DNA of 64,000 nt from an uncultured Phycisphaerae bacterium (GTDB taxonomy: Bacteria > Planctomycetota > Phycisphaerae > SM23-33). Below the pieces are notes generated by a model. It saw only the letters and a program-made list of their open reading frames with translations. It did not search any database and was not told the DNA's origin. The DNA is taken from positions 12,663 through 76,662 of the forward strand of contig CAVXDC010000030.1 in NCBI GenBank assembly GCA_963760365.1, read 5' to 3'. Position 1 is the first letter of the stretch; every line of letters starts with the position of its first letter. Shown here one piece after another: positions 19,531 to 30,074 of the stretch. A program made the position numbers and the translations under genes.

Positions 19531-20595
19531 TTAGCCTTCCGTCTGGGCCTGCATCTCCTGGATGGCCGCGGCCGCCCCGCGCTTGCCGACCAGCACCAGC
19601 GTGTCGCCACCGGCGAGCTTCAGGTCGGGGGTGGGTTGGTAAATCGCCTCCCCGTCCGCCCGCCGCACGGCCACCACCTGCACGCCCGCCCGGCGGGGTA
19701 AGGCAAGTTCGCGAAGCGTCTTGCCGCACAGGCTGCACTGCTCGGTCAGGACGAGTTGGTCCATCTCCAGGTCGATGCCCCGGTGGGCCATCTCCACGAA
19801 GTCCACCACCGCCGGTCGGAGCACCATGTCGCTGACCTGCATGGCTCCCAGCGTCTCGGGGCAGACCACGCGCGAGGCCCCGGCGGCCGCGAGCTTATCC
19901 TGTGTGGTCGGCTGCTCTGCGCGGGCGACGATGCGGACCCGGCCATTAGCCTGGCGGGCAGTGAGCGTCACGAAGACGTTCTCCGCGTCCGTCGGCAGCA
20001 TGGCCACCAGAACCTTGGCCCGCGTGACCCCGGCCGCTTGGAGCGTGCCTTCGTCCTGGGCGTCGCCGAGGACGTACAGAAGGCCCTTTTCCTGGGCCGC
20101 CGTGGTGCGGGAGGCATCGCTATCCACCACGACCACATCGCGCCGGGCGGCCTGGAGTTCCCGAGCGACCAAGGCACCCATGTTCCCGTACCCGCAGAGG
20201 ATGACGTGCCCTTCGAGTCCCGCAATCTTGCGTTCCAATTGTCGTCTCCCAAATATTGCTCTTACCTCGCCTTCCACGACCGCGCCCACGGCCATGGTGA
20301 GCACGACCGTGCCAATGACCAGTCCTGTCAGCACAACGAACATTGTCCAGACCCGGCCAATGTCATTCAGGGGCTTAACCTCGTGGAACCCCACGGTCGT
20401 CACGGTGATGATGGTCATGTACAGAGAATCCAGCCAGCCATAACCCTCGGCCAGTAGACGGTAACCCAGAGAGGAGATGAAGATAAATACCACTAAGATA
20501 GCAAGGGCCGCTGCCAGCCGACGTCGCCAACGGTATCTGCCTCCGGCCCGTTGCCTTGAAGATTTCCAGGGCGTGTCCGACCCACCAGGGTTCAT
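19531..20595 (-). CDS. two-TM potassium channel with cytoplasmic RCK (TrkA-N/TrkA-C) domains, MthK-like
   Basis: Intact 354 aa. The pore region is YMTIITVTTVGFHEV. The Rossmann-type motif is HVILCGYGNMGALVAREL. The C-terminal TrkA-C-like segment is GKTLRELALPRRAGVQVVAVRR. Confidence 0.8.
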   Translation of the reverse strand: MNPGGSDTPWKSSRQRAGGRYRWRRRLAAALAILVVFIFISSLGYRLLAEGYGWLDSLYMTIITVTTVGFHEVKPLNDIGRVWTMFVVLTGLVIGTVVLTMAVGAVVEGEVRAIFGRRQLERKIAGLEGHVILCGYGNMGALVARELQAARRDVVVVDSDASRTTAAQEKGLLYVLGDAQDEGTLQAAGVTRAKVLVAMLPTDAENVFVTLTARQANGRVRIVARAEQPTTQDKLAAAGASRVVCPETLGAMQVSDMVLRPAVVDFVEMAHRGIDLEMDQLVLTEQCSLCGKTLRELALPRRAGVQVVAVRRADGEAIYQPTPDLKLAGGDTLVLVGKRGAAAAIQEMQAQTEG

Positions 20596-21001
20596 GAGCG
20601 CTGGTAATTATACCTACTGCGTTGCGCAGGTAAAATGATTCGGTTATGCACCTCAACAGGCCACTTGGCGGCTTGTGTTTAACCTCTCGCATAGAGGTTA
20701 AGTAATCATAGTAGTATGGATAGACCCCGTGGGTAACGTGAGTAGGGGGGAGCCCAAGTAGCACAACAAGATTTCGTAGGCGGAATTGCGGCGTAGCAGA
20801 CTTTTATCCAAGGGCGTGGATGGGTTGTTGCTGGTTTTCTGGAGCTTCGCAAAATAGCAAGGGCAGAGCGACCACACCGAACGACTCATCGGAAAAGACG
20901 CTAACGGGGGAGTCGGCTAATAAGGTTTTACCTGACAGGGAAAGACAACTTTCTTACGGGTTATCCACGGGGAGCTGTCGGTTTTTGTTTAGGGGTGCAG
21001 G
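20596..21001. other. candidate replication origin region (low-GC, DnaA-box-like motifs) immediately 3' of dnaA
   Basis: This is visibly the most AT-rich stretch of the window. It contains TTATCCACG (20961-20969), TTATCCAAG (20804-20812) facing CGTGGATGG (20815-20823), and TATGGATAG (20715-20723). There is also a perfect 9-bp palindrome, TTAACCTCT-cgcat-AGAGGTTAA (20679-20701). Confidence 0.45.
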
Positions 21002-22345
21002 TCAGGTGTTGTTGGCCAGTTCCCGGGCGATAAGGTCTAGAGTGGCTTGGAGATGGGGATCCTTCTGTCTTAGCAGGTTGATCGCGCCTTGGCGTGCATC
21101 ACCGTCGTGTGGTCCCTTCCGCCGAAGTACCCTCCGATCTCCTCTAGGCTGTGGCGGGTCAGTTCACGGGCCAGGTACATGCAGACTTGGCGGGGCAGGG
21201 CGATGGACCGGGTGCGCTTCCTGGACTGAAGGTCAGCCAGGCGGACGTTGAACCGCGCCGTGACGGCTTTGAGGATGTCCTCGATCGTGGTGCCCCGCCG
21301 GTCTGAGCCGAGCTTGGTGCCCAAGGCCTCTTCGGCCAGGGGGATGTCGAAGCTCCGGCTGGTGACCTGCGCCAGCATGGCCACCTTGGCGATGGCGCCC
21401 TCCAGCTCGCGGGAATTGGAGTCGATCACGCCGGCGATGAAGCAGATAACCTCCTCGGGCAGGTCGATGTTGCGCATGCGGGCCTTCTTGCGGACGATGG
21501 CCACGCGCGTCTCGTAGCAGGGGCGGTCGATCTGGGCGACCAGGCCCCAGTTGAACCGGCTGACGAGGCGCTCCTCCAGGTCGGGGATCTGTCCGGGGCC
21601 CCGGTCGCTGGAGAGGATGATCTGCCTTTGCGACTGGTAGAGCGTGTTGAAGGTGTGGAAGAATTCCTCCTGCGTCTGCTCGTGGGCGCTGAGGAACTGG
21701 ATGTCGTCGATGGCCAGCACGTCGGCGTGGCGGTAGCGGTAGCGGAACTCATGCAACTGCCCGCGCTCGACGGCCTCGATGAAGTGGTTGACGAACGTCT
21801 CGCAGCTCAGCACGCAGATGCGGGCCTGCGGGTCAGTGGCGGCGATCTTGCGGCAGGTGGCCTGGAGCAGGTGCGTCTTGCCCAGCCCCACGCTGCCGTG
21901 GATGATACAGGGGGTTGTACGTCTTGCCGGGCGTCTCGCTGACGGCCAGGCAGGCGGCGTGGGCCAGGCGGTTGCACGGGCCGGTGACGAAGGCCTCGAA
22001 GGTGTAGTCCTCTCCCAGCGGCAGGCCCTCGGCCGTCAGGGAGGATGGGGCCGAAGGCAAGGCCCCTTCTGGGGCGGGGGGTTCCTCCTGGACCTTGTCG
22101 GATGCGGTGAGAAAGCACACGCCGACCAGCCGCCCCGTGGCGGCCTGGGCGGCCTCGGTGAACAGGCGCGTGGCGTGGCGGCGGCAGTAGTCCCGCTCGC
22201 GGGGCCCCCCCACGTGGATCTCCAGCAGCCCATGCTCCAGAGAAATGGGCTCCAGCTCCGTGAACCAGGGACGAATGATGTTTCCGCCCGCGGCGATGAC
22301 CTGCTGCACAATCTTTTGCCACAAGGCCGGATCGACGGGAGGCAT
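21002..22345 (-). CDS. dnaA: chromosomal replication initiator DnaA (two frameshifts, near 21085 and 21905)
   Basis: The N-terminal domain is in ORF 21833-22345. The AAA+ core is [45 protein letters not shown]. The DNA-binding domain is [38 protein letters not shown]. The last ~27 codons continue in another frame to TGA at 21002. Confidence 0.9.
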
Positions 22346-22727
22346 CGACGTAGCCTTTCGACAAGCGCCGCAGGCGCGATGGGTTTACACGGTAACGGCC
22401 GTACTTCCCTTGGCGCAACTTTTAACCTTTAACCTCTTAACAAAGAAGACGACCAACGACGAATCGCAAAAACATTTGGCCATCCCTGGCGAAGTGAGCC
22501 ATCCCTCAGGCAGCCGCGCCTCCGACAACGACACCCGGGGAATCTAATGCCGTTTCCCCTGCATGTCAAAACAAAATCGCGCGATGCACCGTGGGCATGA
22601 TGGAATGCGCACGGCGGGAAGCTCTTGCGCACCTCGAAACACGCCGGTCAGTTCGTCCGCCGAGCCGCCGGGGCCAGCGGGCTGCCGTTTCCGCGACTGA
22701 ACTGCGCCGGCGACGTTGGCCCCCGCG

Positions 22728-25700
22728 TCATGCCGTAGCCGTTGGTCCCGCCGGAGGCGGGCTGACGGGGCGCAGCACAATGTTTTCCTCTCCCAGCAGA
22801 CCGACCAGTTCGTCGATCAGCCGCCGGTTAGGCCGGACGCACCACGGGCGGTCCAGCCGGACGATCGTGCGGACGTCGCCGCGGGTGGCGGGACGAATCT
22901 CCAAAAAAACCGGGCAGTCGCCGCGGCCTTCGCCGAGCGCGCCTCGGCTGAGTTCGGTGTCGAAGCCAGGCCGCCCGGAGCCCCTCGAGGGGCGGTGGCG
23001 GACCAGCACGTCGTGGAGGCGCTTCAGCAGCTCCGCAACGGCGGCGCCGGACGGCAGGCGGAGCAGTAGCGAGCCGGTCCGTTCCTCCACCGCGCGGTCC
23101 AGGGGAATGACCTCCTGGACGATCAGGCTGACCCGATCGCGCCGGCGGTCCACCGTGCCGACCAGGAAAACCATCTGATCCGCCCGCAGCAGCTCGGTGA
23201 CTTTCTCGTACACCTCAGCGAACACCACCGCCTCGCAGGAGCCGGTCAGGTCCTCGACGGTAAGCATGGCCATCTTCTTGCCGGCCGATCTTCCGTTTTT
23301 GGTGATCGTCGCGCGGACCGAGGCGAGCATGCAGCCCACGGCCACCTGGCCGGAGAACTCACCTAAACGCGTGAGGTTCGCTCCGGAGGGGCTGGCCAGG
23401 CTCTCCAGCTCCCTCCCATAGCGGACGAGCGGGTGGCTGGAAATGTAGAACCCCAGGGTCTCTTTTTCCGCGGCCAACAATTGCGCCTCCGACCAGGGCT
23501 CGGTTTGAGGGAAGCGCACGGGCGGGCGGGCGGAAGCATCGGAGACGTTGAGGTTGAAGAAGCTCATCTGGCCGCTGCGCCGGTCGGCGGCGGCGGTCTG
23601 GCCCAGCTCGATGGCCTGGTCCAGGGCGGCCATCATGGCGGCCCGGTGGGCGCCCAGGCTGTCGAACGCCCCGCATTTGATCAGCGCCTCGATGGTGGCG
23701 CGGTTGACGCAGCGCAGGTCCATGTGCTGGCAGAAGTGGAACAGGTCGGTGAATCGCCCGGCCTCCTTGCGGGCCGCGACGATGGCCTCCACCGCTCGGG
23801 GTCCGACGCCCTTGACAGCCGCCAGGCCGAAGCGGACGCGCTCACCGTCCACCGTGAAGTCGCTGTCGCAGGTGTTGATGTCCGGCGGGGCGACCTGGAT
23901 GCCCAGGCGCTGGGCCTCGGTCAGGTACTGCACCACCTTGTCGGTGTCGGAGCTTTCATAGGTCAGCGTGGCGGCGATGAATTCCCGCGGGTAGTGCACC
24001 TTAAAGTACTGCGCTCTGGTAGGCGATGATCGCGTAGCGGGTGGAGTGGGCCTTGTTGAAGCCGTAGCCAGCGAATTTCAGGATCAGCTCGAACAGCCGG
24101 TTGGCGTCCTCCAGGCGGATGCCGTTGGCCCGCGCGCCCTGGACGAACTTCGCCCGCTCGGCCGCGATGGTCGATTCCTTCTTCTTGCTGATGGCCTTGA
24201 TCAGCGTCAGCGCGGTGTTCAGCGGAAGCTGCCCCAGGCGGTTGAGCACGAGCATCACCTGCTCCTGGTAGACCATGATGCCGTAGGTCTCTCCCAGGAT
24301 GTCGTCCACGAGGGGGTGGAGCGACGGCACGGGGTCGGCGCTATTCTTGCGGGTGCAGTAGGCGGAGATCAGCTCCATGGGCCCGGGGCGGTACATGGCG
24401 TTGGCGGCGATCAGGTCTTCGATCCGCGTCGGCTGCATCTGGAGCAGGACGTTCCTCATCCCGTCGGACTCAAACTGGAACACCCCCTCGGTCTGCCCGC
24501 GGCGGAACAGCTCCAGCACAGCCTGGTCGTCCAGGGGCAGGGAATCGGGCTCCAGGTCCTTGCCCGTTCGGCTGCGCACCAGCTCCCGCGCCCGCTGGAG
24601 GATGGTCAGCGTCCGCAGGCCCAGGAAGTCCGTCTTCATCAGCCCGATCTTGTAGGCGCAGGTGTCGCCGTCCCACTGGGTGATGACCTCCTCGCTGTCG
24701 GCCTGGCGGCACAGCGGCACGATGTTCTCCAACGGCTCGTCGGCCACCACCACCCCCGCGGCGTGCACGCCGGCGTGACGGGCCAGGCCTTCCAGCTTCC
24801 GCCCGGCGTCCAGCAGTTCCCGCACGCGCGCGTCGCGGTCGTACATCGTCCGCAGGTCCGGCTCGGCCGCCAGGGCGCTATCCAGCGTGACGCCCAGGCC
24901 CTCCGGTACCTTCTTGGCGATGACGTCCACCTCGGACAGCGGCAGGCCCATCACGCGCCCCACGTCGCGGACCACCGCGCGGGCCTTGAGCGTGCCGAAC
25001 GTGATGATCTGGGCCACGTGGCCGTATTTCTCACGGACGTACTGGAGAACCTTGGCCCGGCCTTCCTGGCAGATGTCGATGTCGAAGTCGGGGTCCTCGT
25101 CCCGTTGCGGGTCGGTCCACCGCTCAAACAGCAGCCCGTAGCGGATGGGATCGACGTTGGAGATGTCCAGGCAGTAGCCCAGCAGCGTCGCGCAGCCGCT
25201 GCCGCGGGCCCCGATGGGAATGCCGTTGCCCCGGGCGAACTGCACGAAGTCGTGCACGATGAGCAGGTAGCTGCTGTAGCCCTTGGCCTCGATGACCTCC
25301 AGCTCCCGCTGCATCCGCTGCACGTATTCTTCCGGCGGTTTTTGGTCAAACTTGCGGTTCAAGGCCTCGAAGGCGATCTGGGCCAGGTAGTCCTTGGCCG
25401 CGACGCCGCCGGGCGTGTGGAAGACCGGCAGGTGCTTTCGGCCGAAGGTCATCTTGGTCTGGCACATCTCGGCGATTTTCAGCGTGTTGTCCGCCGCCCC
25501 CGGCCAGGCCGCCAGCGCGCGGCGCATCTCGGCGGGGCTCTTGAGATAAAGCTCCGGCGGATAGCTCAGCGCCCCGCCCTCAGCCAGCGTCTTGCCGGTG
25601 GAGATGCAGGTGAGGATCTCGTGGGCGGGCTTGTCCTGGCGGCGGAGGAAGTGCACGTCGTTGGTGCCCACCAGGCCGACGCCCAGCTCCCCGGCCAACT

Positions 25701-26283
25701 CGGCTAGCAAGGGGTTCACCTGGTCCTGCTCGGCCAGGCCCTGGTTCTGGACCTCGATGAAGAAGCGATCGGGCCCGAAGATGTCTTTATATTCCCCCCC
25801 GATCCGCCGGGCCGCGTTCTTCTGACCCGAAAGCAGCGCCGAGGGGATTTCCCCGCCCAGGCAGGCGGTCGTGCAGATCAGCCCCTCGTTCAGCTCCGAA
25901 AGCAACTGCCGGTCCACGCGCGGGCGGTAGTAGAAGCCCTCCAGGTAGGCCCGCGAGGATAGCTTCATCAGGTTCCGCCAGCCCGTGTCGCTGGCGGCCA
26001 GGAGCAGCAGGTGATACGCGGCCGTCTGGATGTTGCCCATCGAGCGGTCGCCCCGCGTGGTGGGCGAGATGTACGCCTCCATGCCCAGGATGGGCTTGAC
26101 GCCGCCGGCCTTGGCCGCCAGGTAGAAATCCACCGCCCCGAAGAGGTTCCCGTGGTCAGTCAGGGCCAGGCTGTCCATGCCCATCGCCCCGGCCGCGGCC
26201 ACCAGGTCCTCGATGCGGTTGCCCCCGTCCAACAGGGAGTAGTGCGAGTGCACGTGCAGGTGAGCGAATCCGTCCATGGCCAT
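22728..26283 (-). CDS. dnaE: DNA polymerase III alpha subunit (one frameshift at about 24005-24015)
   Basis: The PHP domain is FAHLHVHSHYSLLDG. The polymerase core is GRGSGCATLLGYCLDI, DIDIDICQ and FNKAHSTRYAIIAYQ, then KVHYPREFIAATLT and the OB-fold C-terminus in ORF 22728-23999. Together these give about 1180 aa. Confidence 0.92.
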
Positions 26284-26452
26284 CCGTCCGCGCGGGGTGA
26301 GCCTCGAAGCCGCGCGGCGACCACTATACCACGCGGCATCAGATCCGCAACGTCCCTTGTCCGGTCGGTTGGCTTGACATCCTTTTTGCAGCGTGTATGT
26401 TGGTGGGGTTGGTTTTCGGGCGGGGTTTCTCCCAGAGGAAGCGGAGCTCAAA

Positions 26453-27757
26453 ATGGCCAAGCGGAACGTGACGGTCGTGGGCCTTCAGTGGGGCGATGAG
26501 GGCAAGGGCAAGGTGGTGGATGCCCTGGCGGCCTTGTGCCGGTACGTCGTCCGCTTTTGCGGGGGCGCCAACGCCGGGCACACCGTCACCATCGGCGACG
26601 AAACGTACGCCATGCATCTGATCCCCTGCGGGGTCTTTAACCGCGGCGTGATGAACGTCATCGGCAACGGCGTGGTGTTCGAGCCGGCCGTGGCCATTCA
26701 GGAGATGGACGAGCTGGCCAAGCGAGGCGTCCAGGTCGGCCCGGACAACCTTCGCATCAGCGCCGCCGCCCACGTCGTGATGCCCTACCACCGCCGCCAG
26801 GATGCCCTCAGCGAGGCCGTGCTGGCCGGGGCCAAGATCGGCACGACCGCCCGGGGCATCGGACCCTGCTACGCCGACAAGGCCCTGCGTTCCACGGCCA
26901 TCCGCGTGGGCGATCTGACCGACGAAAAGCTCCTGCGCGAGAAGGTCGCGCGGATCGTGGAGATCAAGAACAAGCTCCTGGCCGCCTTGTACGGCGAGAA
27001 GCCGATGGACGCCGCGTCGATCGCCGACGAGCACGTCGCCTTCGGCCGGCGGCTCGCGCCGATGATCGGCAACACCGGCGCGATGCTTCGGCGGGCGGTC
27101 GCGGCCGGGGAGCGCATCCTGTTTGAGGGCGGGCAGGGCACGATGCTCGACGTCGATCACGGCACCTACCCGTTCGTCACCAGCTCCTCCGTCAGCGCCT
27201 GCGGCGTGTCGGCGGGGGCCGGTGTGCCGCCCTCGGCCGTCGGGCAGGTGGTGGGCGTGATCAAGGCCTACACCTCGCGCGTCGGCGCCGGGCCATTCCC
27301 CACCGAGCAGGACAACGACATCGGCAACACGATCCGCCAGCGCGGGAATGAGTATGGCACCACCACCGGTCGGCCCAGGCGGTGCGGCTGGTTCGACGCC
27401 TTTGCCGTCGGCTACGCCGCGGCCCTGTCGGGCGTGGGGGCCTTGGCGCTGTCGCTGCTGGACGTGCTCGGCGGGCTGGAGGAGCTGAAGATCTGCACCG
27501 GTTACCGCGTCAACGGGAAGCTGTTGGAGGAGTTCGACCCGATGGGTTTGGGCCGCGCCGAATGCATCTACGAGACGCTGCCCGGCTGGAAGGAAGACAT
27601 CAGCGGCTGCCGCACGGTGCGCGACCTGCCGCCGCAGGCGAGGGAGTACGTGCGGCGGATCGAGGAGCTGCTCGGCCGGCCGGTGGGATTCATCAGCGTC
27701 GGGTCGGAGCGGACCGCCTCCATCGTCCCCATCGACGCCATCGAGGGCCTGAGCTGA
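26453..27757 (+). CDS. purA: adenylosuccinate synthetase
   Basis: Intact. [57 protein letters not shown] and [12 protein letters not shown] are all present. Confidence 0.95.
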   Translation: MAKRNVTVVGLQWGDEGKGKVVDALAALCRYVVRFCGGANAGHTVTIGDETYAMHLIPCGVFNRGVMNVIGNGVVFEPAVAIQEMDELAKRGVQVGPDNLRISAAAHVVMPYHRRQDALSEAVLAGAKIGTTARGIGPCYADKALRSTAIRVGDLTDEKLLREKVARIVEIKNKLLAALYGEKPMDAASIADEHVAFGRRLAPMIGNTGAMLRRAVAAGERILFEGGQGTMLDVDHGTYPFVTSSSVSACGVSAGAGVPPSAVGQVVGVIKAYTSRVGAGPFPTEQDNDIGNTIRQRGNEYGTTTGRPRRCGWFDAFAVGYAAALSGVGALALSLLDVLGGLEELKICTGYRVNGKLLEEFDPMGLGRAECIYETLPGWKEDISGCRTVRDLPPQAREYVRRIEELLGRPVGFISVGSERTASIVPIDAIEGLS

Positions 27758-28529
27758 TGGCCGACATCTCCCCCCAGGCCGTCGCCGCCGCGCGGAAGGC
27801 GCTGGGCGTACCCCAGGAGCGCCTCCCGCGTTCGGTGGCCATCATCATGGACGGCAACGGGCGATGGGCCCGCGCCCGGGGCCTGCCGCGCGTGGCCGGG
27901 CACGAACAGGGCGCAAAGTCGTCCGCCGCATTGTCACCGAGGCCGCCCAGTTGGGGCTGGAGGCGCTGACGCTGTTCAGCTTCTCCATCGAGAACTGGCG
28001 AAGGCCCCCCCAGGAGATTAACGCGCTGATGGGCCTTTACGCCAAGTATCTGGAGAGTGAGCGGCCGGTCGTGATGGAACACAACATCCGCCTACGCCAC
28101 CTGGGCCGCCGCGAGGGCCTGCCGGCGGAGGTGCTGACGGAACTGGATGCCTCGACCTCCGCCTCCGCCCGCAACACGGGCATGTACTTGTGCCTGGCGT
28201 TGAACTACGGCGCCTGCGCGGAGATTACCGACGCGGTGAAGCGCATCACCCACCAGGTGGCCGAAGGCAAGCTCTCCGCCGAGGCGATTGACGAGGCCGT
28301 CATCTGCTCCGCCCTGGACACCGCCGGCGTGCCCGACCCCGACCTGATCATCCGCACCAGCGGCGAGAAACGGCTGAGCAACTTCCTGCTGTGGCAACTG
28401 TCCTATGCGGAGTTCTATATCACCGACGTCCTCTGGCCGGACTTCGACGAGCAGGAGTTCCGCAAGGCCATCCTCGACTACGCCGGCCGACACCGGCGCT
28501 TCGGGGGACTAAACGAAGCGACCGCCTGA
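27757..28529 (+). CDS. uppS: undecaprenyl-diphosphate synthase (one frameshift near 27915)
   Basis: [19 protein letters not shown], then (other frame) [14 protein letters not shown].., [23 protein letters not shown] and RRFGG. The ATG overlaps the purA stop (TGATG). Confidence 0.9.
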
Positions 28530-28591
28530 TATCGGGTTGTGGATTTGCGGTCTTCCCGATTGACCGATGGATCGGTCACCCCTGTGACCCC

Positions 28592-29896
28592 TCAACGCTT
28601 CCTCAGCATCGTGTAGGGGCCGTCGGGGATGATGGCGATTCGCGCATCGGGCCGGGTGACCAGAAATGAGTCGATGGCCTTTTGCGCCCGCTGCTGGGCG
28701 TTGCCGGGTCCGAGGATGGGCGTCACGGCGATATGCTTTTGCCTCTGGGCCTCCAGGCCGTCGCTGACGAACCACAAGCGCTCCTGCCCGATCCGCGCCA
28801 GGACCTTGGCCTGCATCTGGAACTCCCATTGGTCGAGCTGGGTCTGGTCGCTGGCGGCGATGTCAGAAAGAAACGTCCGCCAATCGTTGTCGTATTGCCG
28901 CATCAGCTCCGTGTACGCGGATGAGCCGAGCTGCTCGCCGCAGTGGGAGGCGATCAGGAGCGTGGAGTCCTCCGCCAGCGCCGGCAAGGCCGTGCACAGG
29001 CCCTTGACGGTCTGATAGAAGGTCTGGTCCAGCGGGAAGCCCCCGCCGTTGGTGATGACCAAATCGAACGGCCCGTCGATGGCGGCCGAGGTCCACTCTC
29101 CCACGTCGCGGCAACCGGCCAGGTGCGCCTGCTCCAGGTCGCCGCAGTAGACCCCGGCGATCCGTCGGTCGCGCGTGATGGCCACGTTGAGCAGAAAGTC
29201 CACCCCCACAGCCTTGGCGACCTTCAGGGCAATCTCGTGGCAGGGGTTGCCTTCCAGGATGCCGTTGTCGGCCTTGGGGTGCGAGAGCGTCGCATAGCCG
29301 TGGAACCGCTGCACGGTGGCCAGGTCCACCAGCGCCGGACAGACGCCCTTGCGCCCCCCGGAGTACCCGGCCATGAAATGCGGCTCGATGTACCCGGTCA
29401 CGATCCGCAGGTCCGCGGTGGCGAAGCGCCGGCAGACGCTGACGGGCGGGGAGTCGCTGACCTTCACCAGCGTGGAGGAATCGTCGCCCCGATGGTCGAT
29501 CACCTCCAGCCGCCGCAGCAAGTCGCCGCCCAGCATCAGCTCGCGCTCTCCGGCCGTGCTGGGCCGGTGCAGCCCCGTGCCGATGATGACGACGATCTGC
29601 CGATCGGCCACGCCGGCGGCGTTCAGCACCTCAAGTAAGGGTGGGAGAAAAACCCTGTTGGGCACCGGCCGGGTGATGTCGGAGATGGTGATGGCCACGG
29701 TCGAAGGATTTTTGGCGGCGACGATCTGTGAGAGGGGCTTGCTGCCGATGGGCGCCGCAAGGGCCGCCTTCACCTCGGCCTGCGGGTTGGGCAGGGCGGG
29801 GACAGTCTTGCCCTCCAGCACGGCCGCCGAATCCGGCACGGCCAGCGCCATCCCTTCCCTGCCGTAGAGCATCTTGATCGTCTTGGTCTTGCCCAT
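28592..29896 (-). CDS. larA: LarA-like nickel-pincer-dependent 2-hydroxyacid racemase/epimerase (DUF2088 family)
   Basis: Intact 434 aa. The central block is GYIEPHFMAGYSGGRKGVCPAL, which parallels the LarA cofactor-tethering GG(R)K lysine region as I recall it. GNPCHE follows downstream. It is divergent from the BMC-associated pduS-like gene. Confidence 0.7.
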   Translation of the reverse strand: MGKTKTIKMLYGREGMALAVPDSAAVLEGKTVPALPNPQAEVKAALAAPIGSKPLSQIVAAKNPSTVAITISDITRPVPNRVFLPPLLEVLNAAGVADRQIVVIIGTGLHRPSTAGERELMLGGDLLRRLEVIDHRGDDSSTLVKVSDSPPVSVCRRFATADLRIVTGYIEPHFMAGYSGGRKGVCPALVDLATVQRFHGYATLSHPKADNGILEGNPCHEIALKVAKAVGVDFLLNVAITRDRRIAGVYCGDLEQAHLAGCRDVGEWTSAAIDGPFDLVITNGGGFPLDQTFYQTVKGLCTALPALAEDSTLLIASHCGEQLGSSAYTELMRQYDNDWRTFLSDIAASDQTQLDQWEFQMQAKVLARIGQERLWFVSDGLEAQRQKHIAVTPILGPGNAQQRAQKAIDSFLVTRPDARIAIIPDGPYTMLRKR

Positions 29897-30074
29897 AGCC
29901 TCACCCGGATTGGGTTCCTAAGATTAGTCTATCCGATTCCCCCCCTGCCGCCCAAGGCCGGCGGCGGGCGTGCCGAATGTCCCGACAACCTCTCAGCGCC
30001 TTGTTTGGGTGGAGGCGATTCGCTATACACGAATTGGAAGAGCGGCCGGAGGATTCCGGCCCGGATAACAACCG

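Noticed and set aside
22422-22441. The TTAA-containing repeats near dnaA as CtrA-type binding sites (TTAA-N7-TTAAC).
   Set aside because: The spacing between TTAA elements here is 3, 4, 11 or 15 nt, not 7. CtrA control of the origin is an alphaproteobacterial feature with no support in this lineage.
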